IMG/VR virus record: IMGVR_UViG_3300047476_002078
Location: 248,001-312,000 of that record
DNA length: 64,000 nt
Direction: 5' to 3' (one strand)
Below are positions 18,807 through 28,033 of this stretch, piece by piece. The translations under genes were made by a program, and so were the position numbers. The first letter of the stretch is position 1. Each line of letters starts with the position of its first letter. The notes under the pieces were generated by a model. That model saw only the letters and a list, made by a program, of their open reading frames with translations, searched no databases and was not told where the DNA came from.

Positions 18807-19337
18807 TCAGTATCCAGATTTACACATTAGAGAGTACCTTTTTAAAGGTAGCTTCATTTTTTCAACTTTATGAAAGAATAAAGGATTCCAATTCAATATC
18901 GAAACTAGAGTACCGTTTTCAGGCAGTATGTTTTGAATTTTATGGGCATTTTTTATAGAAAGACATCCGCCGAAAGACTCGTGCCAATTTTCATCACCTA
19001 AATAAAGTATATGATTAATGGGAAAATTGTGTGAAGCATCATTATGCCACTCTAAACCGTCACCTTGGCGATAACTATGAACGCAGAACTGCCTTTGCGA
19101 GAAATCACCGTAAATCTGAGTAAAAGGCTTCTCATATTCATTTAACATGTTTATAAAAAATTCTTGAATACTTTCTGGAACTTGAAGAGTTAAAAGCGGT
19201 GCATTGCTATCGTTATATTTTTCATTTGTATCTTGAAAGTTAAGTTTGCTAATCACTTCTAAAATTTCGCAAGGCGTTTGTATTTTTTGATAAGTAACAC
19301 CATTTTCAAATAATTCTGTGAGTTTAATTTTTAACAT
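18807..19337 (-). CDS. 2OG-Fe(II) oxygenase (prolyl-hydroxylase-like)
   Basis: WHND...LYL...GGCL...HKV...RYS. Confidence 0.85.
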   Translation of the reverse strand: MLKIKLTELFENGVTYQKIQTPCEILEVISKLNFQDTNEKYNDSNAPLLTLQVPESIQEFFINMLNEYEKPFTQIYGDFSQRQFCVHSYRQGDGLEWHNDASHNFPINHILYLGDENWHESFGGCLSIKNAHKIQNILPENGTLVSILNWNPLFFHKVEKMKLPLKRYSLMCKSGY

Positions 19338-19362
19338 ATTACATTATAGAAAATAATCAAAA

Positions 19363-19420
19363 TGACCGTAAAAAGCACCGTAATTTTTTTCTTGCTACCG
19401 TAAAGTTTTGTTACTATCAT
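19363..19420 (+). promoter_or_regulatory. sigma70 promoter of the ssb-ruvC-recA-sbc operon with three ACCGTAA boxes
   Basis: TTGCTA(19392)-17-TATCAT(19415); box variants at 19363, 19375 and 19395. Confidence 0.65.
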
Positions 19421-19509
19421 TTGATACAGATTGAAAATGCTGGAGAACAGCTAAAACGTGATTTCACGATTCTTACTCAAATGACCTAAAAGTGTCGAAG
19501 GAGAAAAAA

Positions 19510-20160
19510 ATGAGTATGTCTGAAGAAGTTGGATTTGATGATGAAAGTGTACGGTCTTTGGATTTTGAAAAGTACAAAGGTACAAAAGGAACAACAGATC
19601 GTTTAGCTTTTGTTCACCTTAAAGAAATTCAAGGCAAACTACAACCTGTACTGAGAAAAGCTTATGTTCATTACATTGAAAATGTAGGCTATGTTCTTGC
19701 GAACGATTATACACGCTCTCGTTTCGGTGAGCCTACGCTTCGTCTTGTAACGATTGTAGGTCAATACCAAACAGACAAATTCGGAAAAATTAAACAGCCT
19801 TTCAATGAAAGCAGTTTAACTCTGAAGTTTTTTGTTCTTAGTGCAAAAAAATATGATGCTCTTAGAAAAGCACATCAAGAATTCCCTCTTGATAAACATG
19901 ACTTAATGGTAACTTGTATTGAAGATCAGTACCAACAATTAAACTTCCAATCCTGCAAGGAAGCCGCTTGGGCAATTAAACCAGAAATTAAAAAAGCTGT
20001 TTTAGCACAAGTGGAAAAACTCGCACCATATCTTGAAGGTCAATTAGGTCAGAATTTAACAGCCGATCAAATTAAAGAGAAGCTAGGTGAATCTTCTGAA
20101 GGCGGTATTGTTGCTGACGATACGTCAAGCAATGCTGACGACATTATTGCCGGACTGTAA
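19510..20160 (+). CDS. Putative single-stranded DNA-binding protein
   Basis: First gene of the recombination operon; acidic-hydrophobic tail (DDTSSNADDIIAGL); AAGGAG RBS at 19498; codon usage like highly expressed genes. Confidence 0.5.
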   Translation: MSMSEEVGFDDESVRSLDFEKYKGTKGTTDRLAFVHLKEIQGKLQPVLRKAYVHYIENVGYVLANDYTRSRFGEPTLRLVTIVGQYQTDKFGKIKQPFNESSLTLKFFVLSAKKYDALRKAHQEFPLDKHDLMVTCIEDQYQQLNFQSCKEAAWAIKPEIKKAVLAQVEKLAPYLEGQLGQNLTADQIKEKLGESSEGGIVADDTSSNADDIIAGL

Positions 20161-20183
20161 TTTAGGAATCTAGTTTACAGTTT

Positions 20184-20291
20184 TACGGGGAAAACAAGGA
20201 AGTTGACTCGTAGTGCGAGAAAGGTGGAGGGTCTAGTGACAAGGAAGTGTATCACAAAGACCCTCCTTCTTTTTAGAACAAAGGAATGTTC
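20184..20291 (+). promoter_or_regulatory. Structured RNA with three AAGGAA-loop hairpins (CsrA/RsmA-type sites); the middle one is terminator-like
   Basis: aac-AAGGAA-gtt inside tacggg/ctcgta; ac-AAGGAA-gt inside ggagggtct/agaccctcc followed by ttcttttt; gaaca-AAGGAA-tgttc over the ruvC RBS. Confidence 0.65.
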
Positions 20292-20945
20292 ATGCGTGTT
20301 TTGGGCATTGACCCTTCACTTACAAATTTAGGATATGTTGTCTTAGAAGATGGTAAAGTTTTAGAAAAAGGAAGATTTCAGACTAATCCTGAAGATGGTT
20401 TAAATGTTCAAAGGTATTTAATCCAAGCAAACAGGGTTTCTGAAATAATTGAAAAGTACGAAATAAAATACGTTTCTTCTGAATCACCGATATTCCAAGA
20501 TTTCAATACAGAAGTTCTATACGGTCTTCAAAGTTTTTTACATTTAGTGTATTGGGTACACGCTGTAAATGTAGTCATATTATCTCCACTCCAAGTTAAA
20601 AGTTACGCTTTACCGAATTTCAAAGGAAAGATTTTTAAATCTGATATGGTAAAAGCTGCAAGAAAAGATATGGGTCTTCCTGATAACTCACGTCTTGCTA
20701 ATGATGTAGCTGACGCTTATTGGATTTCAAAAATTGGATTACGTTGGTGGATGTTTTATGAAAAACTTATTACAGAAAAAGATTTAACCGTAAAAGAGAA
20801 TCAAATGTTTTTGCACAGTCACACATTTACTCGTGGCAAAAAACAAGGTCAAACAGAAAAGAAGGGTATTGTCTTCCGTAAAAATGAAATTTACTATATT
20901 TATGAAGAATTAAAAAAACCGATATTTTTATTTAAGGGGAAATAA
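20292..20945 (+). CDS. ruvC: RuvC-like Holliday junction resolvase
   Basis: MRVLGIDPS, ESP, P..VK, K..M, NDVADA; alternative ATG at 20286. Confidence 0.85.
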   Translation: MRVLGIDPSLTNLGYVVLEDGKVLEKGRFQTNPEDGLNVQRYLIQANRVSEIIEKYEIKYVSSESPIFQDFNTEVLYGLQSFLHLVYWVHAVNVVILSPLQVKSYALPNFKGKIFKSDMVKAARKDMGLPDNSRLANDVADAYWISKIGLRWWMFYEKLITEKDLTVKENQMFLHSHTFTRGKKQGQTEKKGIVFRKNEIYYIYEELKKPIFLFKGK

Positions 20946-20948
20946 TTT

Positions 20949-22205
20949 ATGGCTGTTAAAAAAGGTAAAGAGACTCAGAAAAAGGTTTCTATGTCTGAGC
21001 TTGTAAAAAAACTCGCTGCTAAAAGCGATGATAAAGATTTGTTCTATAGCAAAGAAAGGCACAGAGAAATTGAATGTATTGATACAGGTTCAATTATTAT
21101 CAATAAAGTCATCGGTCTTGACGGTATTCCAAAAGGCAGGATAACTGAAATTTTCGGAATGGAGTCAAGTGGTAAATCAACACTTGTACAATCGTTAGCA
21201 ATTCAATGTTTAAAAAACGGAGGAAAAGTTCTCTATTTAGATTATGAGCAAGCCTTCGATACTGAATATGCTAGAAAGCAGGGATTAGATATTGATGACC
21301 CTGACACATTTATTTTAGCTCAACCTAAAACATTTGAAGAAGGCTTTGCAATCTGCCGTGAATTCTTGGATTGCGTGGAAGGTCTTGATCTAATTATTAT
21401 TGACTCTGTAGCTGCTATGACACCATCAAAGATTCTTAATGCTGAGATTGAAAAAGAGCTACAAATTGGTTTAATGGCTCGCCACATGGCTCAATTTTGT
21501 GCTGAGATGACAAAAACTATATCTAAGACAAATACAGCTATGGTTGTAGTAAACCAAGTTCGTAGTCGTATTAAAACAAATATGTACGATGCTGGACCTG
21601 ATACAGATACAACAGGCGGTAAAGCTCTCAAGTTTTACGCCTCTTTAAGACTGGAACTACGTCATAGAAAAATTGAAACTATAAGCACTACTAATGACAT
21701 TGATGGGACACCTGAAGACAAACCTGTTGGAATGTTATGTCAAGTAATTAACCGTAAAAACAAAGTTGCAAACCCATACCGTAAAGCTGAATTTGCGATT
21801 AGATTCGGAGAAGGTATTGATAACGTCAGAAGTGTAATAGATGTTTCTGAAAATCTAGGTCTGATTAAAAAAGCTGGGGCTTGGTTCAACTTCCGTAAAG
21901 ATATTCCATTTGATTTAGATGAGGACTTGATGACTCAAGAAGGGAAAATGCAAGGACTTGAAACAGTCAGAGAATATTTAGTTAAGCACACAAAAGTTTT
22001 GGCGACGTTAGTGGACAACATTTATGTTGAAAAAGATGATGAAGTCGAAAGAGAGTCTAAAAAAGATGATCTATCGACAACAGGAGTAGAATCTGGAAAC
22101 TTCGATGCTATCGAACTTAATGATGAAGAAGAAGCTGCTATAGCAGAAGCTCAATCTAAAGTTAAGAAAAGTAAAAAGAAAGCAAAAGAAGTTGAAATAG
22201 AGTGA
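20949..22205 (+). CDS. recA: RecA recombinase
   Basis: GIPKGRITEIFGMESSGKST, IIIDSVAAM, NQVR, TTGGKALKFYAS, KNKVA.PY. Confidence 0.95.
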   Translation: MAVKKGKETQKKVSMSELVKKLAAKSDDKDLFYSKERHREIECIDTGSIIINKVIGLDGIPKGRITEIFGMESSGKSTLVQSLAIQCLKNGGKVLYLDYEQAFDTEYARKQGLDIDDPDTFILAQPKTFEEGFAICREFLDCVEGLDLIIIDSVAAMTPSKILNAEIEKELQIGLMARHMAQFCAEMTKTISKTNTAMVVVNQVRSRIKTNMYDAGPDTDTTGGKALKFYASLRLELRHRKIETISTTNDIDGTPEDKPVGMLCQVINRKNKVANPYRKAEFAIRFGEGIDNVRSVIDVSENLGLIKKAGAWFNFRKDIPFDLDEDLMTQEGKMQGLETVREYLVKHTKVLATLVDNIYVEKDDEVERESKKDDLSTTGVESGNFDAIELNDEEEAAIAEAQSKVKKSKKKAKEVEIE

Positions 22206-22213
22206 GGTAGATT

Positions 22214-23377
22214 TTGAAGGACGTTCTTAAAGTATCGGTTAAAAATATACAAGCTATTGAAGAAGCATCTATTGAAGTGGAAGGGTTTACTGGAATTGTC
22301 GGACGTTCCAATTCTGGTAAATCTGCTTTAATTAGGGGTTTATTTGCAGCTTTAACAAATAAGTCTCCTAAAGGCATTTTTCGATATAACACTAAAGAAA
22401 GCCAAGTAAAACTAGATGATGAATCTCGAAATATACATATTGAATGGAGAAAAGGCGACAGCATTAACATGTACAATGTTAATGGAAAAGAGCATACAAA
22501 AGTAGGTAAGGAGCCTCCTCCAGAAATAGCAGATTGGGGATTTAAAACCATTAAAGTTAATGATGAAACTCTTGATGTTCAATTTGCAAGACAACATCAA
22601 TATCTTTTTCTACTAGATAAATCAGGTGGATTTGTAGCCGAGTTTATATCAAAAATAACTAAAGCTGATATATTAACAGGGGCTTTAAAAGATTGTGAGT
22701 CTGATTTACGTAAAGCTAATGAGTCAATCAAGCACAACGATAAGGAAGTAGAAAAATTAAATCAAGATTTATCAAAATTTGACTCTTTAGATTATTATCA
22801 TGAAAGAGTTAAAAATCTTATTGAAGCTAAGTCAAACTTATTGAAACAAAACGCAGAAATCAAACAAATAGAAGAATGGTGCAAGCAAAAAGAAGTCTTT
22901 GTTTCAGAGTATAAGAAGTTAGGAGAAACCCCAGAAATTATAGAATTTCAATTTGATCTATCAGAATTAAAAAAAATTAAAGATTGGTCAGATGAAGTAG
23001 AAGAACAAAAAAATAAACTAATCTCTGCAAGAAAAGTTGATGACTGTCAAATACCAGAAGTAAGTTTCGATATTGATATATTAAAAGTTTTTGAAGAATA
23101 CTTCCAATTATTAAAAAAATCAAATTCAGACATTCCTTCTATACCAAAAGCGGAATTCAATCTTGATGAAATAAAAGAAATACAAAATTTGATAGAAGAG
23201 AAAGATTCTTTAGATTTTGACAAAGATCAAATTGAAGAAGATTTAGAAAATGCTTGTTCTAAAATAATAGAACTAGAAAAACAAATGAAATCTTTAGAGA
23301 AACAATTAGGTAAGTGTCCACTGTGCAAGCACGATTTTAAAGGCATTTCGCACGACCATTTGGAGTTTAACGCATGA
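22214..23377 (+). CDS. SbcC/Rad50-like ATPase, N-terminal half (Walker A, Q-loop, coiled coil, Zn hook)
   Basis: KNIQA, GRSNSGKS, FARQ, ends in GKCPLC; no Walker B. Confidence 0.8.
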   Translation: MKDVLKVSVKNIQAIEEASIEVEGFTGIVGRSNSGKSALIRGLFAALTNKSPKGIFRYNTKESQVKLDDESRNIHIEWRKGDSINMYNVNGKEHTKVGKEPPPEIADWGFKTIKVNDETLDVQFARQHQYLFLLDKSGGFVAEFISKITKADILTGALKDCESDLRKANESIKHNDKEVEKLNQDLSKFDSLDYYHERVKNLIEAKSNLLKQNAEIKQIEEWCKQKEVFVSEYKKLGETPEIIEFQFDLSELKKIKDWSDEVEEQKNKLISARKVDDCQIPEVSFDIDILKVFEEYFQLLKKSNSDIPSIPKAEFNLDEIKEIQNLIEEKDSLDFDKDQIEEDLENACSKIIELEKQMKSLEKQLGKCPLCKHDFKGISHDHLEFNA

Positions 23378-24327
23378 AATTTAAAGCGATAACTATAGGA
23401 GATGTACACTTAGCAGATAAAACTCCAGCATCACGCTTAGATAACTATCGTGAAACTCTTTTTGAAGAATTGATGATGGCTAGACAAGTAGCCTTGGAAG
23501 AAAAAGCTGACGCTGTTCTAATAACAGGAGATATTTTTGATGTTAAATCACCTAAACTCAATTCTCATTACTTGGTATCAAAAGCTATATCGCTTTTTTC
23601 CTCATTTCCTTGTCCTGTTTACAGCATCATCGGAAACCATGATATTACTGCTAATAGGATTGATTCTCTTGATAAACAGCCGTTAGCTGTTCTTTTCAAT
23701 TCCGGTGCTGTGAAAAGATTAGATAGAGAAACAATTAATGGTGTAGATATTGTTGGAATTCATTTTAACGAAAACAATTCTTATGAAACTTTGTCCCAAA
23801 AGAAGCAAGACGGAAAACCTTTAATTGCTGTATGTCACGTTCTAGCGTCTCCCACAGGAGGAGACATGTTCGGTGAACCTATATTCTCTTATAAAACTTT
23901 AGCATCTAGCGATACAGAAGTAGATGTTTATGTTTTCGGGCATTATCATCACGATCAAGGAATTCAAAAAATTGGAAAAAAATCATTTATTAACATAGGT
24001 TCATTAGCTAGAGGTGCTTTAAGTAAAGAAAATATAGATAGACAAGTTAAAGTTGGAAAAGTTGTATGGGATGGTAAAAAATTTGAATGTTCTGAAATCC
24101 CATTACCTGTTAAGCCCGGAAGTGAAATTTTCAATATTGAAAAGAAACAAGAGCTTGAACACAGAGAAACAGAAATTGAAAAATTTGTATCCACATTAAA
24201 TAAAACTGACTTATTTGAAAACATCTCCACGCTAGAAGAAACTATAAAAGAAATGCGTCTTGATTCCGCTATCCGAATCCGTGTTACGGAATATTTGAAT
24301 AATAGAGGGGCTGGGATAAACGTATGA
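23374..24327 (+). CDS. sbcD: SbcD/Mre11-like metallophosphoesterase nuclease
   Basis: GDVHL, TGDIFD, GNHD, CH, FGHYH, NIGSL.R. Confidence 0.88.
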   Translation: MKFKAITIGDVHLADKTPASRLDNYRETLFEELMMARQVALEEKADAVLITGDIFDVKSPKLNSHYLVSKAISLFSSFPCPVYSIIGNHDITANRIDSLDKQPLAVLFNSGAVKRLDRETINGVDIVGIHFNENNSYETLSQKKQDGKPLIAVCHVLASPTGGDMFGEPIFSYKTLASSDTEVDVYVFGHYHHDQGIQKIGKKSFINIGSLARGALSKENIDRQVKVGKVVWDGKKFECSEIPLPVKPGSEIFNIEKKQELEHRETEIEKFVSTLNKTDLFENISTLEETIKEMRLDSAIRIRVTEYLNNRGAGINV

Positions 24328-25148
24328 CAGATATTAAAACTTTGGATTACAGTGGTTTAAAGGACTATGAAGATTGCCCTCAAAGATTTTTATGGTCACG
24401 TATTGAAAAGCGTAAACCTAAAATTCCTGAAAACGCTTACTATTGGATTTGTGGCACAGTTAAGCAAAAAATGTTCGAGCTTTTTGTTAATGAGCGTTGG
24501 TATCTGAAAGGGAAAGACTGTGTTCCTTTTATGGAAAGTATGGCTCCAAAACTTTTTGAAGATACTCTCAAATGGGCAAAAGTTGATTGGTCTGCCAGTT
24601 ATGCCAAATTAACCAAAGAGGATATGATACAAGAAGTTAAAAAAGGGGTCAAAGATGGCATTAAAATAATCAAAGACCATCGGTTAATTTCCGCAGCCTC
24701 TAAATCTGAAATAAAATTAACTGCGAATATTAATAATTGGTTTTCATTAGTTGGAAAAGTTGATTTCATAATCAAGCATAATGATACAAATGAGTCCATA
24801 ATAGTAGATGGCAAAGATACAGTAGATTCCGCTAAGATGCCTTCAGTAGACCCAAGACAGTTATGGATTTATAGCTTATTGCATCAAAGAAATTACGGAG
24901 ATTATCCAAATAAGCTAGGTTTTCTTTTTTGGAGACATGATACCGTTTTGTATTATGATGCTAAAGAAGGAATCGAAGCTGTCACTGAATGGGCAAAAAA
25001 GTCTTTCTGGGACATTAAGAAAGACAAATTTGAGCCAAAGCCTTCCCAATCTGCTTGCTTTTTTTGCAAGTATAAAAATGAATGTGACGCTTATAAAACT
25101 GAATCAGAGCTACTAAACATACCCGAAGGTGACGAAATAACTTTTTGA
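24324..25148 (+). CDS. PD-(D/E)XK exonuclease (AddB/Cas4-like, four-Cys Fe-S staple)
   Basis: YEDCP, GKVDFI, IVDGK, QL.IY, CFFCKYKNEC. Confidence 0.8.
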   Translation: MTDIKTLDYSGLKDYEDCPQRFLWSRIEKRKPKIPENAYYWICGTVKQKMFELFVNERWYLKGKDCVPFMESMAPKLFEDTLKWAKVDWSASYAKLTKEDMIQEVKKGVKDGIKIIKDHRLISAASKSEIKLTANINNWFSLVGKVDFIIKHNDTNESIIVDGKDTVDSAKMPSVDPRQLWIYSLLHQRNYGDYPNKLGFLFWRHDTVLYYDAKEGIEAVTEWAKKSFWDIKKDKFEPKPSQSACFFCKYKNECDAYKTESELLNIPEGDEITF

Positions 25149-25174
25149 CTTTACCGTAAATTGTAATTTAAAAT
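25145..25174 (+). promoter_or_regulatory. sigma70 promoter with a perfect TTTACCGTAAA box
   Basis: TTGACT-18-TAAAAT; box at 25150-25160. Confidence 0.6.
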
Positions 25175-25184
25175 GGAGATCATT

Positions 25185-25469
25185 ATGGCAGAATTAAATG
25201 AGCTTGTAAGTAAATACCAAAACATACAAAAAAGTATTGAGCAATCAAGAGACTTAAAAGCACGTCTTGAAGAAAGAAAGAAAAATGTTCATAAACAACT
25301 GAGCACGTTATTAGATAAAATTAAATCTCAAGGTTATGACCCAAAAAACCTTAAAGAAATCAGAGATCAAAAAATACAAGAACTCGAAAATCTTGTTAAA
25401 GAAAAAGAACAAGAGGTAAAAGAAGTTCACGAAAAATTAAAAGCTATTGATATTGAGACATCTCTATGA
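25185..25469 (+). CDS. Small coiled-coil protein (possible SbcC middle segment)
   Basis: Heptad-rich; GGAG RBS favours ATG 25185; coupled to the SbcC C-half. Confidence 0.65.
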   Translation: MAELNELVSKYQNIQKSIEQSRDLKARLEERKKNVHKQLSTLLDKIKSQGYDPKNLKEIRDQKIQELENLVKEKEQEVKEVHEKLKAIDIETSL

Positions 25470-26122
25470 TGGATTTGAATATTTTTGAGAAAAATTTAAG
25501 CGATCTCTCCGATCTTCAGCAAAAGCTCATCGGAGAGCGTTCTGCTTTATTAAGAAAGCATACTCAAAAAATTCAAGAATTAGAAAAATTAAAATTAGAA
25601 AGTCTGGAAATTCAAAAAGCAAAGCTCGTTCTTGAAGATTTGATAAAACAGTTTATCGGGTTTCAATTAGAAAAAATTCGAGAATATGTTTCTTACGGTC
25701 TTAAAACGGTTATTCCAGATCAAAACATTGAATTTGATTGCAACGTAACAACGAAAATGAATAAGCCTTGGGTTGAACTTCTCACTAAAAATAGTGAAGG
25801 TGTTTCGGAAAATGCTTTAGAAGCTTTTGGAGGTTCAGTAGCTCAAGTTGAATCTTTGATTTTAAGAGTATTAGCGATACTGCAATTAAAACTTTACCCT
25901 ATGATTGTATTGGACGAAAGTTTAAATGCTGTTAGTGAAGAGTATCTGCCAAATTTATCAGTTTTATTGAATGAACTGAGTAAACAATTAAACATCAAAA
26001 TACTTTTAGTTACGCATAATAAAGAAATTCTAGCAAACGCTACAAGAGTTTATCGAGCTACTGAAACATCTCGTGGATTGAAATTTACGGAAGTTCACTC
26101 TTCTGAAATGGTGACTACATGA
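25466..26122 (+). CDS. SbcC/Rad50-like ATPase, C-terminal half
   Basis: Coiled coil, then FGGSVAQ (signature), MIVLDES (Walker B), LLVTH (H-loop). Confidence 0.8.
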   Translation: MMDLNIFEKNLSDLSDLQQKLIGERSALLRKHTQKIQELEKLKLESLEIQKAKLVLEDLIKQFIGFQLEKIREYVSYGLKTVIPDQNIEFDCNVTTKMNKPWVELLTKNSEGVSENALEAFGGSVAQVESLILRVLAILQLKLYPMIVLDESLNAVSEEYLPNLSVLLNELSKQLNIKILLVTHNKEILANATRVYRATETSRGLKFTEVHSSEMVTT

Positions 26123-26550
26123 AAGAACCTACTAAAATAAAAGAAAAAATAAGACAATTAAAGTTTGCTTATATTAAGCAGTTTTATAAAGAACATCTGT
26201 CTCGTGAACCTAAAAATTGCGTTTATAACAGAACAGTTATATTTGCAGGAACAAAAGAACACGCTACGAGAGTTTGTAATTATTTTTCCGATAACAATGT
26301 TTATCAAATTTGTGATAGCTCTGAATGTGCTGGAAACTGTAACGCTTTTGTTTCTAAATTAAAAAAGAAAGATATTAAAGCTTCATTAGAAAATGATATT
26401 AAAAATAATCCTATGAAGTATCCAGAAATTATGGCTTTAAATTGGGTATTAGATAAAAACGTAGAAGATACTTATTTAACCAATTTAAAATATTATTTTT
26501 ATTCAAAACTGTTCTCAATTAAAGAATTTATCAAAAGGTGGATTAAATGA
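26119..26550 (+). CDS. Cys-rich hypothetical protein
   Basis: PKNC..N, CNY, CD...CAGNC..F. Confidence 0.65.
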   Translation: MKEPTKIKEKIRQLKFAYIKQFYKEHLSREPKNCVYNRTVIFAGTKEHATRVCNYFSDNNVYQICDSSECAGNCNAFVSKLKKKDIKASLENDIKNNPMKYPEIMALNWVLDKNVEDTYLTNLKYYFYSKLFSIKEFIKRWIK

Positions 26551-27122
26551 ACCGTCACCAACGTAGAGCTTATGAAAAAGTAAATAAAATAGGCTCGGCT
26601 CAAAATGATATTAACTCTGCCAACGCAATGTCATCTAATCTAAAAGCTTTAATTGAAGACTTTAGAAATATTCAATCACAGTTAGTTAAAATGGTAGAGT
26701 TTAATAAATCTCTATTCAAAAGTGTTCAGATTGTTAGAGAAACTCTTGAGAGGAAAGGTTTTCTAACTATTGATGATATTAAAGACACCGAAAATTTATA
26801 TAGAGTCAATATAGAAAACAGAGATAAAAAAATTAAAGAGGTTTTGTCATCTGACATGACAGATGACGAGAAGATAGAAATGTGTCTTCAGGATGCTGAG
26901 ACATATAAGCCCGGATATGAAAAATTAAATCTAAATCCTGTTAGAGACTTGAACGTGGCTCCAAACGTAGTAAATGATTACCTAATTCATTCTAAAGAAA
27001 TGACTGGATTAAATTATAAGCAATATGCTTTATTTTTAGGTGTTCCTGAAGTGATGCTTGTAAAACCTTTGCCAGAGCCAAAAAATAACAAGGTCGGGAA
27101 AGATGAAATTCAAGGAGCCTAA
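26547..27122 (+). CDS. Hypothetical protein
   Basis: ATGA-coupled; MNRHQRR N-terminus. Confidence 0.7.
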   Translation: MNRHQRRAYEKVNKIGSAQNDINSANAMSSNLKALIEDFRNIQSQLVKMVEFNKSLFKSVQIVRETLERKGFLTIDDIKDTENLYRVNIENRDKKIKEVLSSDMTDDEKIEMCLQDAETYKPGYEKLNLNPVRDLNVAPNVVNDYLIHSKEMTGLNYKQYALFLGVPEVMLVKPLPEPKNNKVGKDEIQGA

Positions 27123-27318
27123 TCTTTTTGAATTTATTCTATATGATCTTGAAAATTTTGAAATGAAAAGTTTTCGAGAAAAGATTTCAATTGCGGTTCA
27201 TTTTTCAGAAGAAAATGATAACTGGGTTGATTTTTCTTTTTCTCAATCAGAAGATTTAGTAAATGAGTTTAAAAAATCATTAAAAGGTGAATCAAATGTC
27301 GTCTCATTCAGAAGATAA
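27103..27318 (+). CDS. Hypothetical protein
   Basis: Short overlapping ORF in operon. Confidence 0.5.
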   Translation: MKFKEPNLFEFILYDLENFEMKSFREKISIAVHFSEENDNWVDFSFSQSEDLVNEFKKSLKGESNVVSFRR

Positions 27319-27556
27319 ATACAATTTGGTTATAGTTGATAAAAGACCTGAAGTAGAAAACTTTACTTATTGTGGTATAACAAAAGAAGATAGAAAACTA
27401 ATTAAAGCACAAATGTTGGAATATACCGAAAAATATTTGCATTTTGATTATGATGAAGGTGAAGTAATTGTTGTCAAGGATGTGATACATTCAATAGTCT
27501 TTACGGATTATATTAGTTCGGAAGAGATGGAAATTGGAACAGTAGAAGATGAGTAA
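27287..27556 (+). CDS. Hypothetical protein
   Basis: Short ORF in operon. Confidence 0.55.
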   Translation: MNQMSSHSEDKYNLVIVDKRPEVENFTYCGITKEDRKLIKAQMLEYTEKYLHFDYDEGEVIVVKDVIHSIVFTDYISSEEMEIGTVEDE

Positions 27557-27821
27557 TTTAGATTTTCAATCAATAAAAACCAGAGTTTTTAGTCTTGTTT
27601 CAGATTTGGAATATGTTGATGATGTATTAAAAAGCAAAAGTGGTTATGAAACAAATTTATGGGCTATAAGAGAGCAGAAAAAACTAGAAACAAATATCTC
27701 AGAAGATATGCAAAAAGCGTTACAAGAACGAGAGAATGTTTTGTTAAAACAAATAAATAATTGTGATAAAATGCTAGAAGCTACTAGAGAAAAAATTTTA
27801 AGAGCTTTAGGAAAAATGTGA
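27549..27821 (+). CDS. Hypothetical coiled-coil protein
   Basis: Short ORF in operon. Confidence 0.55.
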   Translation: MSNLDFQSIKTRVFSLVSDLEYVDDVLKSKSGYETNLWAIREQKKLETNISEDMQKALQERENVLLKQINNCDKMLEATREKILRALGKM

Positions 27822-28033
27822 ATAAACAAGATATAATTGAACACATTAGAGAATTGCCTGATTGTGAGGAGTGTAAAAAGCGTCCCACTATGTATCTGGC
27901 TTTTGATGGAGTGATTCTAAGCGGTTGTGATACTCACATGGTAGAGCTTGGTGATATGCTTTATCAATCTCATTACTATAATAAAAATTATGTCAATTAC
28001 GATTTAAAAGATCGAGGAAGCAAAGCTAACTAA
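27818..28033 (+). CDS. Small putative Zn-binding protein
   Basis: CEEC...GC..H. Confidence 0.5.
   Translation: MNKQDIIEHIRELPDCEECKKRPTMYLAFDGVILSGCDTHMVELGDMLYQSHYYNKNYVNYDLKDRGSKAN

Noticed and set aside
4965-22205. Inteins or introns in nrdA, nrdB, ligA or recA
   Set aside because: The proteins have normal length and continuous motifs, with no intein splice motifs seen.
24324-25148. Cas4 / CRISPR-Cas system
   Set aside because: No array or other cas genes; the recombination-operon context fits a stand-alone phage exonuclease.
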